Under the pieces are notes generated by a model. That model was not told the DNA's origin and ran no database searches. It was given only the letters and a program-made list of their open reading frames with translations. A stretch of 64,000 nucleotides of DNA, taken from an uncultured Christensenellaceae bacterium (GTDB lineage Bacteria > Bacillota > Clostridia > Christensenellales > UBA3700). The stretch is from assembly GCA_944380295.1 (NCBI GenBank), contig CALWHE010000001.1:1172-65171 (forward strand), given 5' to 3'. Positions within the stretch are counted from its first letter, which is position 1, and every line of letters starts with the position of its first letter. This document shows, in pieces, positions 35,563 to 43,523 of the stretch. The position numbers and the translations under genes were made by a program.

Positions 35563-35999
35563 TGCGGGCGATCGTGCAGAGGATAAACCGTTGCGCGCTG
35601 AGTGTGGACGGCAAGCAGATAAGTTCCTGCGGCTTCGGCTATCTGGTGCTGGTGGGCTTCACGCAGGGGGACACGCGCGAGCAGGCGGACTACATCGTGC
35701 GCCGCATCGTCAACATGCGCATTTTCCGCGACGGGGAGGGCAAACTCAACCTCTCGCTGGCGGACGTGGGCGGGCAGGTGATGTGCGTGTCCAACTTCAC
35801 CATATATGCCGACCCTTCCACGGGCAGAAGACCCAATTTTGCGCATGCGCTCGCCCACGACGAGGCGCTGCCCCTTTACGAGTATACGGTAAACAAATTC
35901 AAGGAGTTGCTGGGCGAATGCGCGCAGGGCGCCTTCGGGGAGCACATGCACCTCGACTGCGATCTGGACGGTCCGGTGACGGTGGTGTTTGAAAAATGA
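35562..35999 (+). CDS. dtd: D-aminoacyl-tRNA deacylase
   Basis: MRAIVQRI...VSNFTIYAD... Typical Dtd. 145 aa. Confidence 0.9.
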   Translation: MRAIVQRINRCALSVDGKQISSCGFGYLVLVGFTQGDTREQADYIVRRIVNMRIFRDGEGKLNLSLADVGGQVMCVSNFTIYADPSTGRRPNFAHALAHDEALPLYEYTVNKFKELLGECAQGAFGEHMHLDCDLDGPVTVVFEK

Positions 36000-36619
36000 T
36001 AGAAGTCAAAACTCTCACGCTCGGTTTTATGGCGGTGAATTGTTATGTGGTGCGGCGGGAAGAGAGCCGCGAATGCGTGGTGATAGATCCCGGAGACAGG
36101 TTTTCCAAGATCAAAAAATTTATAGACGAAACGGGACTCTCCGTGCGCGGCATTTTGCTCACGCACGGGCATTTCGACCACATCGGCGCCTGCGCCGCGC
36201 TGCGCGAGGAAACGGGCGCCAAGGTGTATATCCACGCCCTTGACGCCGACAAACTTGCCGATCCGCAAAAGTCCCTGGCGGCTTATTCCATGGCAAAGTG
36301 CCCGCCTTTTGAAGCGGACGTGCTGCTCAAAGGCGGAGAAACGCTTGACCTTGCCGGCATGCGGATAGAGGTGCTGCACACGCCCGGGCACTCCGCCGGC
36401 GGAGCGACTTATTTCATAGAAGAGAGCGCCTTTTGCGGCGACACGCTCTTCTGCGGTTCCTTCGGCAGATACGATTTTTACGACGGCGACCTGTCCGCGC
36501 TCGTATCTTCCGTGCAGAACATTTTGGCGCGGGAAGGGGACTTTGACATTTATCCCGGGCACGGGCAGAAGAGCAGCGCAAGTTTTGAACGGGCGCAAAA
36601 CCCGCTGAGGAAAAGATGA
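35996..36619 (+). CDS. MBL-fold metallo-hydrolase
   Basis: THGHFDH zinc motif. 207 aa. Confidence 0.8.
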   Translation: MIEVKTLTLGFMAVNCYVVRREESRECVVIDPGDRFSKIKKFIDETGLSVRGILLTHGHFDHIGACAALREETGAKVYIHALDADKLADPQKSLAAYSMAKCPPFEADVLLKGGETLDLAGMRIEVLHTPGHSAGGATYFIEESAFCGDTLFCGSFGRYDFYDGDLSALVSSVQNILAREGDFDIYPGHGQKSSASFERAQNPLRKR

Positions 36620-38031
36620 AGTTTTATTGCAACATAGAAAATTTCACCGCGGACATCGCGGAGGTGATCCGCGCCTTTACGCCCCGCGCCTTGGAAGAAG
36701 AGGGTGGCGGAGAGCTTTTTTTGCAAATTTTGCAGCGGGAGGACAATTCCGCCGCCATAACGCTGACTTTTCAAGGCGAAAAAGGGCGTCAGACCTCTGA
36801 AAAAACCCTCGGCAGCGCGGAATTTTCCGACCCTTTGGAGCAGACAAGGCGCGTAAAACGCGCCGCCAAAGTGCTGGTCTACGACTTTATGAGCGCGCAT
36901 TGCGGCGCCACTTTGCCATACGGTTCGCTCACGGGCGTGCGCCCCACCAAACTTTTTCACGACCTTACGGCAAGGGGAGAAGACGCTTTTGCCCTCTTCA
37001 CCCGCGATTTGCGCGTGAGTGAAGACAAGGCAAAACTCATCCAAAGCGTGTGCCGCGCCCAGCAGGGCTTGAAGAGGGAGCGGAATGACAGCGCGGACAT
37101 CTTTGTCAACATCCCTTTCTGCACCACGCGGTGCAGTTACTGCTCCTTCATCTCCGCGGAGATAGGCAGGGTCAAGCGCTTTATCCCCGCTTACGTGGAG
37201 CTACTTGTCAGGGAGATAGAAGCCGCGCGGGAGATAATAAGAGAGCGCGGTTTCACCCTGCGCGCCGTGTATGTGGGCGGCGGCACGCCCACCTCGCTCT
37301 CCGATGAAGACTTTGCCCGCGTGCTGGGTGCGCTCAAAGGCTTGGACGCGGAGTTCACCGTGGAGGCGGGCAGACCGGATACCATCTGCGCGTCCAAGCT
37401 GGACATTATGGACAAAACGGGGGTGACGCGCATTTCCGTCAATCCCCAGTCACTCAACGATAAGACGATCGCGCTCATCGGCAGGAAGCACACCGCAAAA
37501 GACTTTCTCCGCGCATATGACTTGGCGCGGAAGTATCCGTTCGACGTCAACTGCGACCTCATCGCCGGGCTGCCCGGAGAGGACGAGGCGGACTTTGCCC
37601 GCAGCGCGGACGGCGTTTTCCGCTTGCTGCCGGACAACGTGACCGTGCACACGCTGGCGCTGAAAAAGGGCTCGGGGCTGAAACTCGCCGGCTTTGACAA
37701 TTCCTCGGGCGCCACCGCCGGCATGGTGGACTATGCCCGCGCGCTGGCGGAAAGGCGGGGCTATATCCCTTACTACATGTATCGGCAGAAGTATATGAGC
37801 GGCAATCTGGAAAACGCGGGATACTGCCTGCCCGGCAAGCAGTGCTTATACAATATAGACGTCATGGAAGAGTGCGCCAACATCATCGCCTGCGGCGCGG
37901 GCGGGATCAGCAAACTTTATCTGCCCGAGCAAAACCGTCTGGAACGGCTCGCCGACCCCAAGGGCTTGGACGTATATCTCGAACGCGGAGAGCGGCTCAT
38001 TGCCGCCAAGCGGGCGTTTTTCGGGCTGTGA
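36616..38031 (+). CDS. hemZ: HemN-like radical SAM protein, HemZ type
   Basis: Radical SAM CTTRCSYC. Position after recJ-relA-dtd-MBL is typical of clostridial hemZ. Confidence 0.8.
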   Translation: MKFYCNIENFTADIAEVIRAFTPRALEEEGGGELFLQILQREDNSAAITLTFQGEKGRQTSEKTLGSAEFSDPLEQTRRVKRAAKVLVYDFMSAHCGATLPYGSLTGVRPTKLFHDLTARGEDAFALFTRDLRVSEDKAKLIQSVCRAQQGLKRERNDSADIFVNIPFCTTRCSYCSFISAEIGRVKRFIPAYVELLVREIEAAREIIRERGFTLRAVYVGGGTPTSLSDEDFARVLGALKGLDAEFTVEAGRPDTICASKLDIMDKTGVTRISVNPQSLNDKTIALIGRKHTAKDFLRAYDLARKYPFDVNCDLIAGLPGEDEADFARSADGVFRLLPDNVTVHTLALKKGSGLKLAGFDNSSGATAGMVDYARALAERRGYIPYYMYRQKYMSGNLENAGYCLPGKQCLYNIDVMEECANIIACGAGGISKLYLPEQNRLERLADPKGLDVYLERGERLIAAKRAFFGL

Positions 38032-38238
38032 GGCGGGGCGATTTTTGAAAAACCGCGCGGCAGGGCGCGGTTTTTTCTGCCGCGCGGGCGCAAAATTCTT
38101 TTATCCGCCTTTATTTTTTCGATTTTTATGCGTTTTTTCTTAAAGGCGGCGGGGCGCGCGCAGGGCAGCAGTGCAAAGTTTGAGTAAAATTTTTTTGCTC
38201 CGAACCGCATTTATCCCCACAAATGCCCGAAATTACTA

Positions 38239-38267
38239 TTGACATTTATTTTTGCGTATAATATAAT
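38239..38267 (+). promoter_or_regulatory. candidate promoter of the giant repeat-protein gene
   Basis: TTGACA, 17 nt, TATAAT. Confidence 0.55.
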
Positions 38268-38317
38268 TATATTAACGTGGGGACAGGACCGCGTAGTTTA
38301 TGTTAAGAGGTTCGATT

Positions 38318-41300
38318 ATGAGGGAAAGCGTAAAGTTGCATTCGTCTTTCAAATTCGTGGTGGCGATGATTTTGGTGGCCGCGCTTTGCGTCGCGGCTTT
38401 TTCTCCGCTCTTCGCGCCCGCGTCCGCCGCGGCGGAAGCCTGGCAGGGCACGGCGACGTATCAGCTCGGCAACGGCTACACACAGGATACAGTCATTCCC
38501 GGCGCGTATAAAGTGGTATGCGACGGCGTTACATACGATTCCGGCGTGCCCGAAGTCTTGGGCGAGATAGCGCCGAATGCGGGCTATAAATTCGTCGGCT
38601 TCCAAGATAACGGCGGCACTTTGGTGGCTGAGTTCGACGGCGACGATACCTTTACCGTGACGGAAGCGTTCATCAATGCGACCGGCACTTATACTCTGAT
38701 CCCCGCCTTCGAAGTGATAGAATACAAAATAACTTACGATCTGAACGTGCCGAGCGGCGTGACGGCGCAGCCCTCCAACCCCAACACGGCAAAAACTTAC
38801 ACGGTCGAGGATAACCCCGTCGCTTTGGCGGTGCCCACGCTGGCGGGCTGGGAATTCGGCGGCTGGCAGCTGCCGAACGACGACATCGTGCAGCAGATAG
38901 ACTCTTCCCTGATAGCTGCTCTGACAGCGGACGGCGAGCTGCCCGGTAACGAGTTGGTTCTTACGGCGCAGTGGGCGGAACAGACCTTCACGCTCACCGT
39001 GATGATAGATCAGACCAAAATAGAATACGAAGCCATCCCCGGCGTGTCGATCGGTAACTATATCGGCGCTCTCACTCCCGAAGACAAGGGCGACTCCGAA
39101 CAATTTTTGGGCTGGGAGATGGACGGCAAGATCATCGATGTGATGACCACGCTCATGCCTGAGAAAAACACCACGGTCAACGCCAAATTCGGCATTCCCT
39201 CAGTTCACGTGAGCTTTATCGTTAAAAAAGCCACGGTGGAAGACGCAAACAAGTTCGATACAAAAAATGATATATTTATCGAAGTCACGGAAGGAACATA
39301 TACTCCCGAAGCGCTTGCCGCGCAAGCGGGTAGCAAGCTTAACTATACCGGATTCACCCGCACGTCGGTCACCTGGGAAGACGGCACCGATGCAGCCAAA
39401 GAGGTGAGCGGTTCGTGCTCCGTAGTGTGCATTTATGAGCGCGACCAATGCAATCTGCTCATCCATTATCGTTACGACCTCAACGGCGACGGCATTCCCG
39501 ACGACATAGACGGCGACGGCGAGGCGGACATCGCGGCGTTCGATGTGCGTGACAGCGGCGTTTACGGCGACAGATACGAAAAGTCTTCTCCGCAGATAAA
39601 GGGCATGCAGGCGCTCACGGGCACGGTGGCGGGCATATATGACAGAGATTTCACGGAAGTGACCGTGCTTTACACCACCGCTCCGGACAAGCGCAAGGCG
39701 GAACTGGGCGGCATAGGCGGCACGGTCACCAATGACGAAGGCGGCTTGATAGACGCCGCCGTCAGCGTCACCTGGGATCCGGCGGCTGCGGGCGCGCACA
39801 GTGCCATGGCGGCAGGCACGGGCAACGAAGCTTACGGCGTGCTCTCCGTGGAGATAGCGGAAGCGGAAGGCGCGGTGTTCGGCGCCCGCGGCGTTTACAC
39901 TCTCACCGTGGACCTGGGCGAGAGCATGGCGGACAAGACTTATTATAATGTATATAAAATAAATGACGACGGCACATACGCGCCCATCTCCGTCAGATAC
40001 AGCGGCAGCACTCTGGTGCTCACGGTAGACGCCGCCGGCGATTATCTGGTCACCGGCACGCCCGTGCAGGACAACACGCTGCTTTGGGTGCTCATCGCGC
40101 TACTCATCCTGCTGCTCATCCTGCTGATAGTGCTGTTGCTCGTCCTGTTGCTGCTGAGCAAAAAGACGGTCAGCTTTGAAGTGAACGGCGGCGAAGAAGT
40201 GGATAAGATAAAAGCCAAGAAGGGCAACGTGATAGAACTGCCTCTGCCCGAACGCGAAGGTTACGAATTTGCCGGCTGGTATCTGGACGAAGAGTGCACG
40301 ATCCCCGCGCCGCTCGAACCGGGAGAGGCGGACAAAGACGAAGCGCCCGCCGAGGACAAAAAGGGCAAAAAGGATAAAAAAGCCAAAAAGGACAAGAAAG
40401 GCAAAAAGGCGGCGCCCGTAGAAGCGCCCGCGGAAGAAGCCCCTGCGCAAGAAGCCCCTGCGGAAGAAACGCCGGCAGAGGAAGCGCCCGCGGCAGAAGC
40501 CCCGGCGGACGAGGCTCCGGCAGAGGAAACCCCTGCCGAAGAAGCTCCCGTGGAAGCGCCTGCGGAAGAAGCCCCGGCAGAAGCGCCTGCGGAAGAAGCC
40601 CCGGCAGAAGCGCCTGCGGAAGAAGCCCCGGCGGAAGCGCCTGCGGAAGAAGCCCCGGCGGAAGCGCCTGCGGAAGAAGCCCCGGCGGAAGCGCCTGCGG
40701 AAGAAGCCTCGGCAGACGAGGCTCCCGCAGAGGAAGCGCCCGCGCAAGAGCAAAGCGAAGAGATCAGGATATATGACGAGCCGGACGGCAAAGACGTCAC
40801 CGACGAACAAAAAGGAGGAGGCACCACCGATACCATGAGTTCCAAACGCGCCAAAAAGGCAAAAAACAATAAGCCGGCGGCTCCCGCCGCGGCAGAGGAA
40901 CAAGCCCCTGCGGAAACTCCCGCCGAGGAAGTCCCTGCCCAAGCGCCCGCGGAAGAAACTCCCGCAGAGGACGCCCCCGCGGCAGACGCGCCCGTGGAAG
41001 AAACTCCCGCCGAGGACGCCCCCGCGGCAGACGCTCCCGTCGAGGAAGTCCCCGCGGAAGAAGCGCCGGCGGAAGTCCCCGCGGAAGAAGTTCCCGCAGC
41101 TGACGCCCCCGCAGAAGCTCCTGCGGAAGACGCTCCCGCAGCGCCCGCTGAATTTGTGTTGCCGGAGGTCATGCGCTTCAAGGTGACGGGCAGCGTAAAA
41201 CTTTACGCCAAGTGGAAAGAGATAGTGCCGGAAGAGGCGCACGCGGTCAACTTTGTCGCCTGCGGCGTTATCCAGAGCACGGTCAAAACGATGGGCAAAG

Positions 41301-42949
41301 AGCCTGTTGCCGTGCCCGCGGCGCCCGCGTTGCCCGGATACGCCTTTGCCCGCTGGATCTTCAAGGACAAAAAGGGAGAAGAGGTCGCCTTTACGGAAAG
41401 CACGCTGGCGGACAAATATCTGCTGGAAGATCTCAACGTCATCGCCGATTACATCAAGGTGGTGCCCAAGATCAGATTTTATGCCTGCGGCGTGTTGCAG
41501 CGCACGCTGGAAGTGCAGGGCATCTGCGCCGTGCAGCTTCCCGAAGCGCCCGCGCTGGAAGAATACCGCTTCTGCAACTGGTATACCCTGCAAAACGGCG
41601 CGCAGGTGCCGTTCACGGGCAGAGAGACCGCGCAGAGTTATCTGACGGAAGATCTGAACGTCTATGCCGAATATATCAAGCCGGTGCCCGTGGCGGAAGC
41701 GCCCGAACCTCACCTCATCACCTTTATGGCGGACGGCGAGGTGGTGGCTACCATAGAAACCGCCGGCAGGGACGCGCTCGATCTGCCCGCCGCGCCCGTC
41801 AAGGAAGGCTTTGTCTTCCGCGGCTGGTTCACGGACGAAGAAAAGCACAACGAGGTGGTGGAAGAGAGCAGTTATGTGGATAAGGATCTTGAAGAGGATC
41901 TGATCCTTTACGCCTTCTATGAAGAAGAGAAGGAGCCGGAAAAGGAAGAAGATTTTGCCGCGGCTGCCATCTTGCCGGAAGAAGACGATGAAGAGCCGGA
42001 GGAAGAGCCGGAAGAAGAGGACGAAACCCCCGAAGTGGAAGAGAAAGAAGACGACGAAGAAGAGCCGGAAGAAGAGCTCGAACCGGGCGCGCCCAGGATG
42101 ATCACGGCGGCGGACGCCATCAAGCGCCGCACGTCCACCATGCGCGGACGTCTGAGATACGGTTCGGACGTGAACAAAGCCATATACGAAGAGCTGGTCA
42201 ACCACCTGTTGCAGTTCAAGAACGTGTCCCGTTCGCTCACCAACAGGGCGGACAACTTCAAGAGCAAGGGCGCGCTGCTTGCCAAGATCACGCTCACGGG
42301 CAAAACGCTCAAACTCTATCTGCCTCTGGACGCTGAGCAATACGATTACGACAAGTATCATCAGCTCATCACGGAAAAGAAGGGCTATGAAGAAGTGCCT
42401 TTCACCATCAAGGTCAAATCCAACCGCGGCTTGAAATATGCCAAGGAACTGATAGACGAAGCCATGGCGCAGGCGGGCGTGGAACGCAAGAAGAAGGCGG
42501 GCGAGAAGAAGAGCTTCAAGGAGCTGATCCTGCTGCAAAAGGGCAGCCTGCTCATCAAGAACAAAAAGACGGAAAAGCTGCGCTCGCGCGTAGACTCGCA
42601 GGACGCCAACGCCCAGCTCACGGACGCGGAGGCGCAGGAGCTGATCAGGATCAAATACGTGCCCGTGTCCGACGAGGTGAAAAAGACGGCTTTCGTGGGC
42701 TTGGACAAGATAGAAGATCTTTACAACGACTGCGACATGGTCAACATCAAAACGCTGCGCAAGCGCGGGCTGGTCAAAGACGAGCATAACCGCGTGAAGA
42801 TAATCGGCGGCGGCACGCTGACCAAATCGCTCAAAGTTTATGCGGACGAATATTCGCTCACGGCGGTCAAGATGATCGTGCTTTTGGGCGGCAAAGTGGT
42901 CAAAAACGTGGAAGAAAGCGTGGAAAAACCGGAAGAGGGCAAGCAATAA
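38318..42949 (+). CDS. about 1543-aa repeat protein: signal peptide, Listeria-Bacteroides (Flg_new-type) repeats, central hydrophobic helix, further Flg_new-type repeats, Pro/Ala/Glu tandem repeats, acidic tract, uL15-like C-terminal segment
   Basis: Start moved to ATG 38318 behind AAGAGG. Repeat signatures such as GYKFVGF, LAGWEFGGW, REGYEFAGWY, LPGYAFARW and KEGFVFRGWF. Terminator at 42971-42996. Confidence 0.75.
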   Translation: MRESVKLHSSFKFVVAMILVAALCVAAFSPLFAPASAAAEAWQGTATYQLGNGYTQDTVIPGAYKVVCDGVTYDSGVPEVLGEIAPNAGYKFVGFQDNGGTLVAEFDGDDTFTVTEAFINATGTYTLIPAFEVIEYKITYDLNVPSGVTAQPSNPNTAKTYTVEDNPVALAVPTLAGWEFGGWQLPNDDIVQQIDSSLIAALTADGELPGNELVLTAQWAEQTFTLTVMIDQTKIEYEAIPGVSIGNYIGALTPEDKGDSEQFLGWEMDGKIIDVMTTLMPEKNTTVNAKFGIPSVHVSFIVKKATVEDANKFDTKNDIFIEVTEGTYTPEALAAQAGSKLNYTGFTRTSVTWEDGTDAAKEVSGSCSVVCIYERDQCNLLIHYRYDLNGDGIPDDIDGDGEADIAAFDVRDSGVYGDRYEKSSPQIKGMQALTGTVAGIYDRDFTEVTVLYTTAPDKRKAELGGIGGTVTNDEGGLIDAAVSVTWDPAAAGAHSAMAAGTGNEAYGVLSVEIAEAEGAVFGARGVYTLTVDLGESMADKTYYNVYKINDDGTYAPISVRYSGSTLVLTVDAAGDYLVTGTPVQDNTLLWVLIALLILLLILLIVLLLVLLLLSKKTVSFEVNGGEEVDKIKAKKGNVIELPLPEREGYEFAGWYLDEECTIPAPLEPGEADKDEAPAEDKKGKKDKKAKKDKKGKKAAPVEAPAEEAPAQEAPAEETPAEEAPAAEAPADEAPAEETPAEEAPVEAPAEEAPAEAPAEEAPAEAPAEEAPAEAPAEEAPAEAPAEEAPAEAPAEEASADEAPAEEAPAQEQSEEIRIYDEPDGKDVTDEQKGGGTTDTMSSKRAKKAKNNKPAAPAAAEEQAPAETPAEEVPAQAPAEETPAEDAPAADAPVEETPAEDAPAADAPVEEVPAEEAPAEVPAEEVPAADAPAEAPAEDAPAAPAEFVLPEVMRFKVTGSVKLYAKWKEIVPEEAHAVNFVACGVIQSTVKTMGKEPVAVPAAPALPGYAFARWIFKDKKGEEVAFTESTLADKYLLEDLNVIADYIKVVPKIRFYACGVLQRTLEVQGICAVQLPEAPALEEYRFCNWYTLQNGAQVPFTGRETAQSYLTEDLNVYAEYIKPVPVAEAPEPHLITFMADGEVVATIETAGRDALDLPAAPVKEGFVFRGWFTDEEKHNEVVEESSYVDKDLEEDLILYAFYEEEKEPEKEEDFAAAAILPEEDDEEPEEEPEEEDETPEVEEKEDDEEEPEEELEPGAPRMITAADAIKRRTSTMRGRLRYGSDVNKAIYEELVNHLLQFKNVSRSLTNRADNFKSKGALLAKITLTGKTLKLYLPLDAEQYDYDKYHQLITEKKGYEEVPFTIKVKSNRGLKYAKELIDEAMAQAGVERKKKAGEKKSFKELILLQKGSLLIKNKKTEKLRSRVDSQDANAQLTDAEAQELIRIKYVPVSDEVKKTAFVGLDKIEDLYNDCDMVNIKTLRKRGLVKDEHNRVKIIGGGTLTKSLKVYADEYSLTAVKMIVLLGGKVVKNVEESVEKPEEGKQ
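40562..40712 (+). repeat. intragenic perfect tandem repeat, 27-nt unit x5 plus a partial unit (AEEAPAEAP)
   Basis: GCGGAAGAAGCCCCGGC(A/G)GAAGCGCCT repeated head-to-tail. Units differ only at one synonymous position. Confidence 0.9.
40952..41041 (+). repeat. intragenic tandem repeat, 45-nt unit x2 (EETPAEDAPAADAPV)
   Basis: Two adjacent 45-nt units differ at 3 synonymous positions. Confidence 0.85.
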
Positions 42950-42970
42950 GCAGCTTGTGAAGGAGAGGAA

Positions 42971-42996
42971 AGCCCGCCGCCGAGGCGGGCTTTTTT
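42971..42996 (+). terminator. rho-independent terminator after the giant gene
   Basis: AGCCCGCC-GCCGA-GGCGGGCT followed by T6. Confidence 0.8.
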
Positions 42997-43053
42997 CACG
43001 CCGCGATTTTGCGCCGCGCGGGGTAAAGCGCGCACTTTACCCCTTCAATTTGC

Positions 43054-43082
43054 TTGCATAAACTTTTTTATTGTGTTAAAAT
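43054..43082 (+). promoter_or_regulatory. candidate rpsO promoter
   Basis: TTGCAT, 17 nt, TG-n-TAAAAT. Confidence 0.5.
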
Positions 43083-43170
43083 AACATACGTACCTGCGGC
43101 TGGGTCTTGCAAACACTCCGATGTATCACTCGGCGGCAGGCAAATAAATTTTCCGACGGAGGTAAAAACA

Positions 43171-43434
43171 ATGGAAAAAATGGAGAAGAAGGACATCATC
43201 GCCACATACGGCGTCAAGGAAGGCGACACCGGCTCGCCCGAAGTGCAGATAGCGTTGCTCACCGCGCGCATAGAGCTGCTCAACGAGCACCTCAAACAGC
43301 ACCCCAACGATCTTCACTCCAAGAGAGGACTTCTCAAACTGGTCAGCAGAAGGCGCAGAATGCAGAATTATCTGAAAAAGAACGATATCGAGCGTTATCG
43401 TGCCATCAACGCCAAGCTGGAATTGAGAAAGTAA
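43171..43434 (+). CDS. rpsO: 30S ribosomal protein S15
   Basis: Start moved to ATG 43171 behind [22 protein letters not shown]...[14 protein letters not shown] is classic S15. Confidence 0.9.
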   Translation: MEKMEKKDIIATYGVKEGDTGSPEVQIALLTARIELLNEHLKQHPNDLHSKRGLLKLVSRRRRMQNYLKKNDIERYRAINAKLELRK

Positions 43435-43436
43435 GC

Positions 43437-43466
43437 ATAAGGCGGCGTTTTTGCCGCCTTATTTTT
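43437..43466 (+). terminator. terminator/attenuator between rpsO and pnp
   Basis: ATAAGGCGGC-GTTTTT-GCCGCCTTAT followed by TTTT. Confidence 0.75.
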
Positions 43467-43523
43467 AACGGTCACAAAAAAAAGAGAATATATTCACACA
43501 TTGAACGGAGGTATAGTGATCTG

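Noticed and set aside
40100-42946. 948-aa minus-strand ORF opposite the giant gene. Similar long antisense ORFs occur at 43494-45473, 9777-11264, 22453-23574, 28695-30344, 54983-57241, 49420-50937 and 62736-63911.
   Set aside because: They are Arg/His/Gly/Phe-rich with low complexity and no SD or motif. Each lies exactly opposite a plus-strand gene with strong family signatures. These are typical shadow ORFs of GC-rich coding DNA.
43107-43523. Long upstream extensions of track ORFs. Examples are pnp from 43107, dapB from 4944, the EEP gene from 2581, ruvA from 18411, the M16 gene from 51813, rimO from 56925, rpsO from 43054 and yajC from 23673.
   Set aside because: The extensions overlap upstream genes or terminators, lack SD sites and have odd composition. 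Conserved protein N-termini with SD sites are found at the internal starts used in the feature list.
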